Virus record (IMG/VR): IMGVR_UViG_3300027770_000025
Span: 124,001 to 188,000 of that record
Strand: one strand, 5' to 3'
Length of the DNA stretch: 64,000 bases
Shown: positions 1-9,067 of the stretch, one piece after another
How the letters are laid out: each line of letters opens with the position of its first letter
How positions within the stretch are numbered: position 1 is the stretch's first letter
Position numbers and translations under genes: made by a program
Notes under the pieces: model-generated
What the model was told of the DNA's origin: nothing
The model's database searches: none
What the model saw: only the letters and a program-made list of their open reading frames with translations

Positions 1-281
1 GTGAGTTTAATTCCGCCTTCAACAAATTCCATTGCTTCGACTATAAGTCCTTCCCATTCTGTCTCATAGTAACCCATATCAGCTCCTGGTTGATTTTCAT
101 GTTCGACTGTGGTGTAAGGTCCTCCCGGAGGATCAAACATTATAAGCTTATTGTCATCGGTGACTGAAGTCCGATAAAAATCTGCAGAGTATCCTGACAT
201 TATAAATTCGGTCAGGGATATTCTTTCAACTACTATCTTATCTGAATGGCGATTTATATAAATTGATTCTTTAATATTCAT
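1..281 (-). CDS. Hypothetical protein, truncated by window edge (MNIKESIYINRHSDKIVVERIS...FDPPGGPY)
   Basis: Not in ORF track. Hand-translated open frame from ATG at 281 to the edge; promoter-like motif at 319-350. Confidence 0.65.
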   Translation of the reverse strand, partial: MNIKESIYINRHSDKIVVERISLTEFIMSGYSADFYRTSVTDDNKLIMFDPPGGPYTTVEHENQPGADMGYYETEWEGLIVEAMEFVEGGIKL

Positions 282-318
282 ATTCTACTTGGATATTTAT
301 ATTTTTAGATTATAGACG

Positions 319-350
319 CAAACTTAATTAATAATCCCGGTATATAAAAA
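319..350 (-). promoter_or_regulatory. Bacteroidota-type early promoter (T-tract..CG-N11-TAAGTTTG)
   Basis: Same geometry as 10 other copies. Confidence 0.65.
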
Positions 351-389
351 TAAATTATTGGTTTATCCCGGATCCTTTATCATAAAATA

Positions 390-1001
390 GTGTATAACCC
401 CTATAAATTAATTAAAATGAAGGAGAATCAGGAGTCACGTTTAATCTCGATAATAGGTGCACCGAGTTCAGGTAAGTCCACGCTTGCAACATCTATACAT
501 CACGGATTAAAGATATCAAAAAGAAATTCTGTGTTTGTTGGGGAAGCAGCAACGGACTATATTGCAGAGTGGGGGATACCAAATACACCCACCGATCAAA
601 TCATCATATTCTATAAGCAACTCGGTAGGGAAAGAATGTATGTTGGATCTAAAGAGTTTATCATCTGTGATTCTAGCTCTATTCTAAACTACTTCTATTT
701 CAGATCTTTATTTAGCCCTGTTTTAAGCTTAAAGGATATAGCAACAATAAATCATTTACAGAAGGAAATTCTAAAGTCCTTAAGTCAGTGGCATAAAATA
801 TATTATGTCCCGCCGTTTCTTGATGAAGAAGATCAGAACGATGGTATAAGATACCATAACAAAGAGCAGATAATTAAATTGGATTTGATAATAAAGAATT
901 ATCTTGAACTTGAAAGAATTCCGTATATCGATCTTTCATCAATACCAATGGAAGAAAGAGATAAATGGATTTTGAATGATCTTACTAAACCACGTAAGTA
1001 A
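390..1001 (+). CDS. P-loop kinase/ATPase, AAA_28/NadR-like (probable start ATG 417)
   Basis: Walker A GAPSSGKST at N-terminus; IICDSS strand. Confidence 0.75.
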   Translation: MYNPYKLIKMKENQESRLISIIGAPSSGKSTLATSIHHGLKISKRNSVFVGEAATDYIAEWGIPNTPTDQIIIFYKQLGRERMYVGSKEFIICDSSSILNYFYFRSLFSPVLSLKDIATINHLQKEILKSLSQWHKIYYVPPFLDEEDQNDGIRYHNKEQIIKLDLIIKNYLELERIPYIDLSSIPMEERDKWILNDLTKPRK

Positions 1002-1445
1002 TTAGAAAACTGGTATAATAGCCCAAGGTTCTGCAGGGAGCCAATATTGTGCATCATCTATAACCTTTTGCATTTGCTGTACATTTATAGTATTTCTCCA
1101 GTTAGGAGTTTTATTTTTATTTAACCCTATATTAAACCCTGTCATACCAACCCATTTTTTGAGATACTCTTTTGTTGGCATAACTTTTTTATAAGATAAT
1201 TTTCCATCCTTATATCCCATAATATAAATCTCTTCATACAAATTAGTCATATAAACAGGTATCCCTGGCTTATTTCCGACCTTCATTCTGGATAATTCCT
1301 GAACATATTTAACCGGCATAAGAAAAACATAGCTTTTATCTTCTCTATCTTTCTGAGGATTACCCTTAATAAAAACCCATCCTCCCTGTGTCCATGGTAG
1401 GGTGCCTTCATTTAGCCAGATTTGATATTCTAGTAAGTTTTCCAC
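1002..1445 (-). CDS. Hypothetical, probable internal head protein
   Basis: N-terminus MENLLEYQIWLNE; GATATATA 4 nt upstream. Confidence 0.7.
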   Translation of the reverse strand: MENLLEYQIWLNEGTLPWTQGGWVFIKGNPQKDREDKSYVFLMPVKYVQELSRMKVGNKPGIPVYMTNLYEEIYIMGYKDGKLSYKKVMPTKEYLKKWVGMTGFNIGLNKNKTPNWRNTINVQQMQKVIDDAQYWLPAEPWAIIPVF

Positions 1446-1449
1446 ACCT

Positions 1450-1500
1450 TATATATCAAATCTATAAGATATATATAATGTAAAAAAAAACAGATATATA
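1450..1500. promoter_or_regulatory. Divergent GATATATA putative late promoters
   Basis: Motif on - at 1450-1457 and on + at 1468-1475 and 1493-1500, between divergent genes. Confidence 0.6.
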
Positions 1501-1514
1501 AAAATAAATACAAA

Positions 1515-1985
1515 ATGGAAAACATATTAGAATTTGAAACGTTTAATCCTCAAGCTACAGGATCTGCTCCAGCAGGAGTTGAAGTAGCACCTCCGGTTTT
1601 TGGTAATATAGATTTTACCATGTCGGGAGTATCTGATGATGCTATGAAGCTTATTGCAGGACTTATGGCTCAATCGGTATTAGCATCAGGTGAAGCTGAA
1701 AGAATAGCTAGAATGGCAGATACAGACCCAGCTTCGGCAGCGTCTTATCTACAAAAGAAGGTGGAAGGGATCTTAATTGGAGTTCCGGGATTAGCTCCTA
1801 CATTTATTCAGTCTATGAAATCTCAATCTTCAAATATTTCTAAGATTATGGTTCAAACAATTCCAGGATTACTTGGTAGCTTAACAGATAAAGATATTGA
1901 AGCAAACGAATTAAAACCAGATACATCTAAAGCATCTTTCCTAAGTAAACTTAGCGGATTTTTTGCTGACAATCAGGGAGCATAA
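1515..1985 (+). CDS. Hypothetical, probable internal head protein
   Basis: N-terminus MENILEFETF; late motif upstream. Confidence 0.7.
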   Translation: MENILEFETFNPQATGSAPAGVEVAPPVFGNIDFTMSGVSDDAMKLIAGLMAQSVLASGEAERIARMADTDPASAASYLQKKVEGILIGVPGLAPTFIQSMKSQSSNISKIMVQTIPGLLGSLTDKDIEANELKPDTSKASFLSKLSGFFADNQGA

Positions 1986-1990
1986 TCACT

Positions 1991-2560
1991 ATGAGGTCTA
2001 TAACACCATTTGATAATTTTAAAGCTACCATTAACGAGGAAACTGCGGTTAATCTGGTTGGCTATACTAAGAGTGATGTTGAAACCGCATTCCGTAGTAT
2101 AGAAGATGATCTTAGTGATTATTATTCTATTGATGAGGGTAACACGAGTATATCCCTTGAATGGGATGTGAAGTATGGATCATCACTTGAGGTTGAATGC
2201 TTGATTAATAGTATTGAATTTGATTTTAATCATTCAGGATTCTCCGGAGCTCTTATGAGAAACTTATCGCAGGATCCAGATTCAACAGGACCTAGATTCA
2301 GCAAGTCTGAAATAGAAAGAGCAATAGGGGAAGTACATTATAATGCAGTATTCCAGGAGAATATTGATGTAGATTCAAGGGATTTTTCTACCAGTATATC
2401 CGTGGATCAGGATAGGAATTCAACCGAGCTTACAGTTACCGGAGAAATAGATGAAGACTCTGTTGATTTATCTGATGCTGATATAGATACGGATGAAATA
2501 TTGGAGAAAATAACGGAAGAACTCTACCGAGGTGTTTCTAGAAGAATTGATTATGCATAA
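1991..2560 (+). CDS. Very acidic hypothetical, probable internal head protein
   Basis: MRSITPFDNFKATINEE; D/E-rich. Confidence 0.7.
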   Translation: MRSITPFDNFKATINEETAVNLVGYTKSDVETAFRSIEDDLSDYYSIDEGNTSISLEWDVKYGSSLEVECLINSIEFDFNHSGFSGALMRNLSQDPDSTGPRFSKSEIERAIGEVHYNAVFQENIDVDSRDFSTSISVDQDRNSTELTVTGEIDEDSVDLSDADIDTDEILEKITEELYRGVSRRIDYA

Positions 2561-2573
2561 TAATAATAACAAT

Positions 2574-3383
2574 ATGAAAAGAATTAAATTATTTGAATCA
2601 TTTATAAAAGAGACTGCAATAGATCTACCGGATCCAAGCACAGCTGGTGAAGTTTTTTCTGGCGTGTTAGCAGGAAATAGAAATGCTAAGGAAGAACCAA
2701 AAGGTTCTAATACAGGATCAATGGTTAACCAATACCTATCTTCGGTTGGTCTCAAACCAGGATTACCCTGGTGTGCAGCCTTTGTTTATTATATCTTCGA
2801 TCAGGTTACTAGAAGGCTTCGCGTAAAAAATCAACTCCCTAAAACTGGCGGTGTAATGAATATGTGGAAAGGATCAGACCCGTCACTAAAAATAGATATA
2901 AAAGATGCTAAAGCAAATCCATCTCTTATAAGACCAGGTCAGATATTTATTATGTCTAGACCGGGCAAGGGATTAGGTCACACAGGAATAGTTATAGGTG
3001 TTGATGTCAATAAAAGGGAATTCATAACGATAGAGGGTAATACTAACGACCAGCAGTCTGGCGAGGGTGATAGAGTAGGAGTTAACAGAAGAAAACTTGA
3101 TAAATTACCTCTCCTTGGATTTATAGATTTTTTCAGAAATAACAGAACCCCTGAATTTGAGAAAGATATTATGTCTATGATAGACGGGAATAAACCGCCT
3201 TTATCACCTTTAGATGCTATACCCACGGATGCAGTTGTTAGTGGGTATGAAGAGGGCCCAACTCAGATTAAATCAAAACCAGCGGGATTCATGGCTAAGA
3301 TATTAGCTAACTTAGCAAATACTACTAGCGGGAAATTAGCAGATGCCGACGAGATACAGGCTCAGATGGATAAGCTTAAGTAA
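2574..3383 (+). CDS. CHAP-domain peptidoglycan amidase/peptidase with capsid-targeting-like N-terminus
   Basis: PWCAAFV, GHTGIV, TIEGNT motifs; start MKRIKLFESFIKE at 2574. Confidence 0.85.
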   Translation: MKRIKLFESFIKETAIDLPDPSTAGEVFSGVLAGNRNAKEEPKGSNTGSMVNQYLSSVGLKPGLPWCAAFVYYIFDQVTRRLRVKNQLPKTGGVMNMWKGSDPSLKIDIKDAKANPSLIRPGQIFIMSRPGKGLGHTGIVIGVDVNKREFITIEGNTNDQQSGEGDRVGVNRRKLDKLPLLGFIDFFRNNRTPEFEKDIMSMIDGNKPPLSPLDAIPTDAVVSGYEEGPTQIKSKPAGFMAKILANLANTTSGKLADADEIQAQMDKLK

Positions 3384-3606
3384 GCTTAATAACTTCTTTA
3401 TTTTTTATTCCCCCCAAAGTTCTTCTTCTTCCATAAGGCTCGTTTCCATCATCTACTAGCCAAACATAAGTTTTGTTGTAGGCATTTTCGTCTATCAAAT
3501 ATTTTTTTCCTTCTATTTGATAGATCCTGTCAACTTCTAGTACAATCGGTTTTTCTTTTTTATTATACATCCTGATTTTGTTTAATTTCTGGGTACTCCG
3601 TATCAA
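3376..3606 (-). CDS. Small hypothetical protein
   Basis: ORF in co-oriented run; true start may be downstream. Confidence 0.55.
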   Translation of the reverse strand: MIRSTQKLNKIRMYNKKEKPIVLEVDRIYQIEGKKYLIDENAYNKTYVWLVDDGNEPYGRRRTLGGIKNKEVIKLT

Positions 3607-3820
3607 TCTCTATTTCTTCCATACCAAATCTTTCTTTTAACATGTTTGTTATCGCTGAAGGTCCTCCTGTATATTCTACAGTAGGCCATTGACCTCCTTC
3701 ACTTTCTAATATCTTGTGTGATATTGAATATTCATCAAGATACTCAAAAAAAGATTTATCAAATTCTTCGTTCTCCCCGAGAATAGTATCAACCTTTACT
3801 GTAACAAATTTAAAAATCAT
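3563..3820 (-). CDS. Small acidic hypothetical protein
   Basis: Tightly packed ORF. Confidence 0.65.
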   Translation of the reverse strand: MIFKFVTVKVDTILGENEEFDKSFFEYLDEYSISHKILESEGGQWPTVEYTGGPSAITNMLKERFGMEEIEIDTEYPEIKQNQDV

Positions 3821-3823
3821 ATC

Positions 3824-4132
3824 CTATTTTCTTTTTTTAGCAATTTTATATACCTGTTTAGAACCGACCGGTATGTGAGCCCTTGTCTCATATGTGCTAT
3901 CCAAGTCTGTCCTATTCAGCCAAATAGGTGATCCTTCCTCCATGACATTTCTTGGTATGATTCTTTCAGAGCTGATCACTGTATGGGTATCCACTGTGAT
4001 ATCAAAAGTGTCTTTTCCTGAAATGAGTATGTCGCCATCGACAGCTTTTTCTATTGCCTTTTTATCCCCGGTTCTGCACGAAGTGATTAATATAGATGTG
4101 GCTAATAATGTAAAAAATATTTTATTTTTCAT
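3824..4132 (-). CDS. Putative lipoprotein
   Basis: Signal peptide ending in lipobox-like LITSC. Confidence 0.7.
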   Translation of the reverse strand: MKNKIFFTLLATSILITSCRTGDKKAIEKAVDGDILISGKDTFDITVDTHTVISSERIIPRNVMEEGSPIWLNRTDLDSTYETRAHIPVGSKQVYKIAKKRK

Positions 4133-4172
4133 TTATTTATATTTTAGTGTAAAACATATGATTCGTTTCGGC

Positions 4173-4658
4173 TTAATGGAAAGAAAGTATTCCCCCTTTA
4201 GAAGCTATTTCGAATCCTTTCATAAAGTTATCATAAACACTTTCATAATAACCCTTATATGGATTTTTTGATTTAATTTTTTTATGGAAGGTTTCTCTAT
4301 GCTCCATGAAATCTTTATGTAACTTATCTGACATCTGAGGCCCGAAGTTACCCTCGCAATCGGAAAAGTTTATCATTTCGTAGAATGGTTTGCCTACATA
4401 TTTCTCTTCTTCCACCCAAACCTTTTGGGCTTCAACACCAAGTGCTATTTGACTAAGAAGATTTCGGAAAACGTTATATCCAGAATACGATCCTGCTCTA
4501 AATCTACATGTTTCTGCTTCGATGTCTTCTATATACGTACCCTTCTCGATGTCTTTAGCCTGGTCGTTATGATTCTCTCCACGGTAGATAAAGATTGTTG
4601 CTTCGTCAAGATTATCTGTCTTGTTGATTTTGCTGCATGCTGAAATGTCTAATCCCAT
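4173..4658 (-). CDS. Hypothetical phage protein
   Basis: MGLDIS start, FSDCEG motif; packed ORF. Confidence 0.7.
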   Translation of the reverse strand: MGLDISACSKINKTDNLDEATIFIYRGENHNDQAKDIEKGTYIEDIEAETCRFRAGSYSGYNVFRNLLSQIALGVEAQKVWVEEEKYVGKPFYEMINFSDCEGNFGPQMSDKLHKDFMEHRETFHKKIKSKNPYKGYYESVYDNFMKGFEIASKGGILSFH

Positions 4659-4668
4659 ATTTTTATTT

Positions 4669-4908
4669 TTAAAAAGGTTGATCTAAAGCTAGTGCCATCA
4701 TGTGTGTTTCCCTTGCACCCCATTCTACTAGAATTTCTGCAAATTGGTTTCTTGATAAGCCATTTATGAAGTATGATTTTTCCTCTAACAGATGCTTAGG
4801 CGAATCCTCAGGTTCGTTAAGATCTGTGATGTCATAGAAGTACCCTAGAGCATGATCGAAACCATAAACTAGTTGCTTGTTGTCTTTTTTAATACTATAT
4901 CTACTCAT
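4669..4908 (-). CDS. Small hypothetical protein
   Basis: Packed ORF; YGFDHALGYF. Confidence 0.65.
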   Translation of the reverse strand: MSRYSIKKDNKQLVYGFDHALGYFYDITDLNEPEDSPKHLLEEKSYFINGLSRNQFAEILVEWGARETHMMALALDQPF

Positions 4909-4920
4909 AAGCGTTTTGTT

Positions 4921-5268
4921 TTAATAGTTTATTACATGAACCGATATCCCCTTTTCAGTTGCAAGATCTATCATGTGTTTTGTACCTCTTGATTCGCCGT
5001 CCCAAAATGCGATTAAGCAATCTGCGTAATCGGCCATTTCTTTGTTTCTAACGTATCCTGCCGCTTTACCGTGTTTATCCCAGTCGGCAGGGAATTGACG
5101 CACGCTATAGCCTTTTAAACTGGCGTAGTGCTCACCTAACTTGTCAGCTCCTCTAGCAGTACCACTTATGATCTCAGCTTCATTGGCATTTGCCAATACC
5201 TCTTCACACTTTGTGTAAAGAAGTTGAAAATCTGAGAAGTCTCTGCTGCCTGCTATTATCACTTTCAT
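4921..5268 (-). CDS. SLOG-superfamily protein (DUF2493/YspA-like)
   Basis: MKVIIAGSRDF, IISGTARGAD, AGYVRNKEM, AFWDGESRGT. Confidence 0.85.
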   Translation of the reverse strand: MKVIIAGSRDFSDFQLLYTKCEEVLANANEAEIISGTARGADKLGEHYASLKGYSVRQFPADWDKHGKAAGYVRNKEMADYADCLIAFWDGESRGTKHMIDLATEKGISVHVINY

Positions 5269-5282
5269 TTTGTTAATTTCTA

Positions 5283-5314
5283 CAATATTAATCAATACCC
5301 TCGGGAGAAAAAAA
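5283..5314 (-). promoter_or_regulatory. Early promoter copy
   Basis: T-tract..CG-N11-TAATATTG. Confidence 0.65.
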
Positions 5315-5316
5315 TA

Positions 5317-5348
5317 AAAAAGGGAAAACTTTTTATGTTCTCCCTTTT
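5317..5348 (-). terminator. Probable intrinsic terminator
   Basis: GGGAGAAC/GTTTTCCC stem followed by a T tract on -, downstream of the 5352 gene. Confidence 0.5.
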
Positions 5349-5351
5349 ATT

Positions 5352-6242
5352 TTATTTCTTAAAGATTCTGTTGATAAGATGAGTTATTATATTGTGCCTT
5401 TTAATAGTGGTATTAAGAGTATAGTATTTTAAGTGAGCATTATCTGTTGCTACCAAAGCCATTCTCTTTTTATAATTAAGAACAATATAAGGCATAAGAT
5501 TATCTGGACTTATCTCCTCTGTCTCGATTATCTCTGGCTCCATCTCGTACTGGTATATTCCTTCCTGGCCTTCAAAAGTATTAGATCCTATAACTATAGA
5601 CTCGTCATTCCAATGTAGCATTGGATTGATTATCACTGAGAACTTATTTCCAAAAGCACCAACTTTATGTATAAGTCCTGTACTACGATCTAGATCTGGT
5701 TGATTGGGATCGTTATAAACGAATTGGGGTAGATCCATTATTCTAGATCCCATAGCAGGTCCAACCATAATAAAATCAGCATCAGATCTTCTTGTTTTAC
5801 TGGCTATTGAATTAGAGATAGAAATTATTTTTCCAAATAGATCAGAATCTTCTTTTACCCTAAATTTAGGCTCATAGCCAAACCATTTGTTAGCTTTAAA
5901 AACTATGGTTGACCATCCGATCTTTTCGTTAACAGACCCAGCATACCTAATCATATTATAGATAAGCTTATCCTGCTCCCTTTTATCCTGTTCCTCAATT
6001 TCTGACATTAACATAGCCTTAGGATCTACTGAATGTAGCTTTTCTAGATCTGCTATCTGTTCTTTAGTAACTTTTGATTTAATCATGTAAGTTTCTAACT
6101 GAAAAATCTTTCTTAGGGTCTTCATAGAAAGGGTTCCAGTTCCTTCTGAGTCTTTCTCGGGGGTTTCTGATGTTAGGTAGAATATCTCTCCCGAACTTTT
6201 ATCTGTCTTATTCCAACAGATTCTATTTTTGATTTCTTGCAT
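5352..6242 (-). CDS. Protein whose C-terminal two-thirds resemble the C-terminal part of T4 gp23/gp24-type capsid protein
   Basis: TRRSDADFIMVGP..GAFGNKFSVIINP..IVIGS..GIYQY..SPDNLMPYIVLNYKKRMALV parallels the gp23 pattern RRG.GNFII...G.LGGRY.VYIDP...VGY..AG.YY...DP..FQP.IGF.TRYG. Confidence 0.55.
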   Translation of the reverse strand: MQEIKNRICWNKTDKSSGEIFYLTSETPEKDSEGTGTLSMKTLRKIFQLETYMIKSKVTKEQIADLEKLHSVDPKAMLMSEIEEQDKREQDKLIYNMIRYAGSVNEKIGWSTIVFKANKWFGYEPKFRVKEDSDLFGKIISISNSIASKTRRSDADFIMVGPAMGSRIMDLPQFVYNDPNQPDLDRSTGLIHKVGAFGNKFSVIINPMLHWNDESIVIGSNTFEGQEGIYQYEMEPEIIETEEISPDNLMPYIVLNYKKRMALVATDNAHLKYYTLNTTIKRHNIITHLINRIFKK

Positions 6243-6771
6243 CTGCGTTATTTGTTTTTGTATCTTTTGTATTAGAATTCTCTTTAGTTTGTTTCACATT
6301 AATCCAGTTAATCCTCTTCTGTAGCTGTTTATCGTGAATGGGAATAAGATCCACGGTGATAACGTCATGAATTAAAATCTCAGATGTTTCCCTATCTACA
6401 TTTCCCTTTATTGTTGGCCTGAAACTTGCTAGACCATCGGAGAATATCTTTAATGCTTCCTTTCCGTTTCTGGTATTTCTAAATTTAACAACAGCCATAA
6501 TAAAATTATCTTCAATAAATAAATCGTCTATTATATGCGAAGCCTCCTCAAGTTTAACTAAATAGTGATATTTGGAATTCCAAGTATCGTATCCACCGTC
6601 ATTAAGGAGTACGTCAACCAGTTCCCCCATAAAAAATTTCTTCTCCTCCAGAATTTTGAATATTTTATCCGCTGATTCCTTAGTGTAAATGTTGCCTACA
6701 TTATTAGGAACACCTATCTCCATAAGGGGAACCTCTCTGATAACTGATTTAGCTTCTCCTATTTTAAGCAT
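6223..6771 (-). CDS. Degenerate T4 gp21-like prohead protease homologue, catalytic His/Ser apparently absent
   Basis: NNVGNIYTK, MGEL, ASHII, NTRNGK, KGNVD, VDLIP are in gp21 order; GELxHP reads GELVDV and VSSRG reads FRPTIKG. Confidence 0.6.
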   Translation of the reverse strand: MLKIGEAKSVIREVPLMEIGVPNNVGNIYTKESADKIFKILEEKKFFMGELVDVLLNDGGYDTWNSKYHYLVKLEEASHIIDDLFIEDNFIMAVVKFRNTRNGKEALKIFSDGLASFRPTIKGNVDRETSEILIHDVITVDLIPIHDKQLQKRINWINVKQTKENSNTKDTKTNNADARNQK

Positions 6772-6843
6772 TATAAAAATGTATTTAATATCATAACAAA
6801 CTTTGATTTAGATAATGTTGCCTATGTGGATTCTTTCCCCTTT

Positions 6844-7320
6844 TTATTTTACACCCAAATAAGTTAATACCTCTTTCCATCCGGGAAATTGGTCTGTTCC
6901 AAAGTGGATATGTTCACCTCCGAAATCTGCAACACCATTGGCAATTCTGTCATCAATAAGGAAATCACCCTTAACCAATCCCTTATGGTGGCAGAGAATA
7001 AGCTTCTTGTTAACCGATTTACCTAAATGTGTTTCTACCCAAATTCTTTTCTCAGCCCATGCATCTGGGTTGCTCCAAGGTGGTGTACTTAAAATGTAGG
7101 TCTCGTACTTATCCTGCAAAGCAGCCCATGCACTTATTGCTCCTTCGATAGGTTCAAGATCTTTATATGCACTCGGATGTTTAAAGAGGCTTTGTCCCTT
7201 TATCCCTTGCAATTCTAGTTCTGCTGCTCTCTTATCAAAATCGCAGATAACCCCGTCGAGATCGATTAACAAAATAGGCTTTGTTATTTTAATGCTTGCT
7301 CTTAGCCACGGTTGGTCCAT
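6844..7320 (-). CDS. 5'(3')-deoxyribonucleotidase, HAD/NT5C family
   Basis: IDLDGVICDF, EKRIWVETHL, KGDFLIDDR. Confidence 0.9.
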   Translation of the reverse strand: MDQPWLRASIKITKPILLIDLDGVICDFDKRAAELELQGIKGQSLFKHPSAYKDLEPIEGAISAWAALQDKYETYILSTPPWSNPDAWAEKRIWVETHLGKSVNKKLILCHHKGLVKGDFLIDDRIANGVADFGGEHIHFGTDQFPGWKEVLTYLGVK

Positions 7321-7336
7321 ATATTATATTTTTTAG

Positions 7337-7368
7337 CAAATATAATAAACAGGTACGAGGTAAAAAAA
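7337..7368 (-). promoter_or_regulatory. Early promoter copy
   Basis: TTTTTTTACCTCG-N11-TATATTTG. Confidence 0.75.
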
Positions 7369-7390
7369 TAAATAAAGGGATTTGTTGAAA

Positions 7391-7789
7391 TTATGAAAAT
7401 TTCATACGATCTTTAGCACTAAAATATTTAGGGTCTATTTCTTTTTCTAAGCTGAATTCTATTCTCTGAACATTGCCGTTCGGCGAAAATTGCCAATCTA
7501 TTTTAGTTCCGAATTCTTCAGAAATGATTTCTGCGATGTCGTCTATGTAGTAGGATATTCTTTGTGGGATTCTTCCATCGAAAGACTTTGGCCAGTATTC
7601 GATAACAAATTTTTCAGGGTCATCAACATCTACAAAATCTACGTCCATTAATCTGGAGTTGAAATGAGATATAATATCCTTCTTAGAAAGCTCAACCATT
7701 TTTGATAGAAGCTCTATACCTTCTTCACCCTCTTGTTTAGCACTATCCGATGGCAAGTTCCAGAGTTCATATAGTTTAATGTTCTTCAT
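7391..7789 (-). CDS. Hypothetical, probable internal head protein
   Basis: MKNIKLYELWN N-terminus. Confidence 0.7.
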   Translation of the reverse strand: MKNIKLYELWNLPSDSAKQEGEEGIELLSKMVELSKKDIISHFNSRLMDVDFVDVDDPEKFVIEYWPKSFDGRIPQRISYYIDDIAEIISEEFGTKIDWQFSPNGNVQRIEFSLEKEIDPKYFSAKDRMKFS

Positions 7790-8580
7790 TAGATACCCTT
7801 TAATATTCTAGATGATCTAAGGTATGCTCTGATGACCTTAACCACATCTGTTTCTTCCATTTTTTCTAGCCCTCTTATGATGGAATCTAAAGTATCCCTG
7901 TCCTCGATATCGGAAATGGTGCTTAAAATTGTTTTATCTGATGCGTATATTTCTGCTATAATAGATCCAAGATTTTCCCCCATAGATTCGGGTGATTCCC
8001 CTTTATAGAAGAATGAATCTACCGCATTTTTATAGCTTTCGAGTACTTTCTTTTTCAATGAAGGTTTTAATGAATCCGGCAGATTCTTTTTACCTACCTG
8101 AACCATTACTCTAACTTTCTTGATTTCCCCTATGACCTCTTCGATAGCTTTATTTACTATCGTAACCACCTGATCTTTATTATCAGCGTTAAAATCTATA
8201 TGAAATTCTCTGAACTTAGCTTTATGGGAAGATGACTCAGATGCTATTATGTCCATTAGATATTTCCCATTACCCATTTTTTTATCTCTAACAAAAGTTA
8301 TCCTCATCTTAGATGTTTCGAAATAATGGGGAATGAATTCTATCTCTGATTTTTCTAGAGCATCAAAGTACTCCTTGAGTGATCCAGATAATATGTCAAT
8401 AGAAAATTTATGTGCGTATACATTTGATGAAAATGCAGTGCTCAGTCCTTTTTCTTTGAGACCCTCCGCAATTTTACAGTTCTTCTGAATATACTCAAGA
8501 TCATTCTCGGTTACTCTGTATTCCTCAGGAGTTTCCGATTCAGATAGCCAATTTTTATATTTCAGTAGGGAATTCTGCAT
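7789..8580 (-). CDS. Hypothetical, probable internal head protein
   Basis: MQNSLLKYKNWLSE; GATATATA 4 nt upstream (8585-8592). Confidence 0.75.
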   Translation of the reverse strand: MQNSLLKYKNWLSESETPEEYRVTENDLEYIQKNCKIAEGLKEKGLSTAFSSNVYAHKFSIDILSGSLKEYFDALEKSEIEFIPHYFETSKMRITFVRDKKMGNGKYLMDIIASESSSHKAKFREFHIDFNADNKDQVVTIVNKAIEEVIGEIKKVRVMVQVGKKNLPDSLKPSLKKKVLESYKNAVDSFFYKGESPESMGENLGSIIAEIYASDKTILSTISDIEDRDTLDSIIRGLEKMEETDVVKVIRAYLRSSRILKGI

Positions 8581-9058
8581 TCACTATATATCCCTCAGCA
8601 GGCTCTTCTTGCTGACTGAACTGAACATCAACAACCTCTGAAGATCTCTCAATCTTCTCAGGTTTGTGCGGTTTCTCCTTAAATGGGGATATTTTCTTAT
8701 AGATGCACTCTATTTCATCAAAAGATAGATTACTTTTTTTGCCGTTAATGTCAACTGTGCATGCAACCACATTACCTTCTATGTAACCCTTAGCAGAGTC
8801 AACCCTATCAAAACTTCTGGAGAAGTTACCCTCTTCCTCAAATTTCTTATTGGTGTAGTAGCATGTTTGATAGCTTAGCAGTTTTTTGACAGACTCGAAT
8901 GATAAATTGAATTCTAGCTTTCTGTCTGCTGCACTTTGATATATCTTTAGCATCTTTTTTGCAACCTCTAGATCATTAATCTCTATAGATTCTTGTAAAA
9001 AGACTGGTCTTGGTTTTGTGCGATTTGGTTTTTTTGGTTTAGGATTTGTTTTTTCCAT
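8555..9058 (-). CDS. HNH-like/His-Me finger-like protein, possibly inactive
   Basis: TCYYT..SFDRVDSAKGYIEGNVVACT..IN..K. Confidence 0.55.
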   Translation of the reverse strand: MEKTNPKPKKPNRTKPRPVFLQESIEINDLEVAKKMLKIYQSAADRKLEFNLSFESVKKLLSYQTCYYTNKKFEEEGNFSRSFDRVDSAKGYIEGNVVACTVDINGKKSNLSFDEIECIYKKISPFKEKPHKPEKIERSSEVVDVQFSQQEEPAEGYIVNAEFPTEI

Positions 9059-9067
9059 ATATAATGT

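Noticed and set aside
358-395. Possible + strand copy of the early promoter (TTTATCCCG)
   Set aside because: No TAnnTTTG at the 11-nt spacing.
390-1001. NadR-like protein as part of an NAD-reconstitution counter-defence pathway
   Set aside because: Only a kinase-like domain is present; no adenylyltransferase or phosphoribosyltransferase partner in the window.
8555-9058. HNH-like ORF as a homing endonuclease or mobile element
   Set aside because: The catalytic His position reads Asp-Arg (FDRVD), and no intron or insertion context is visible.
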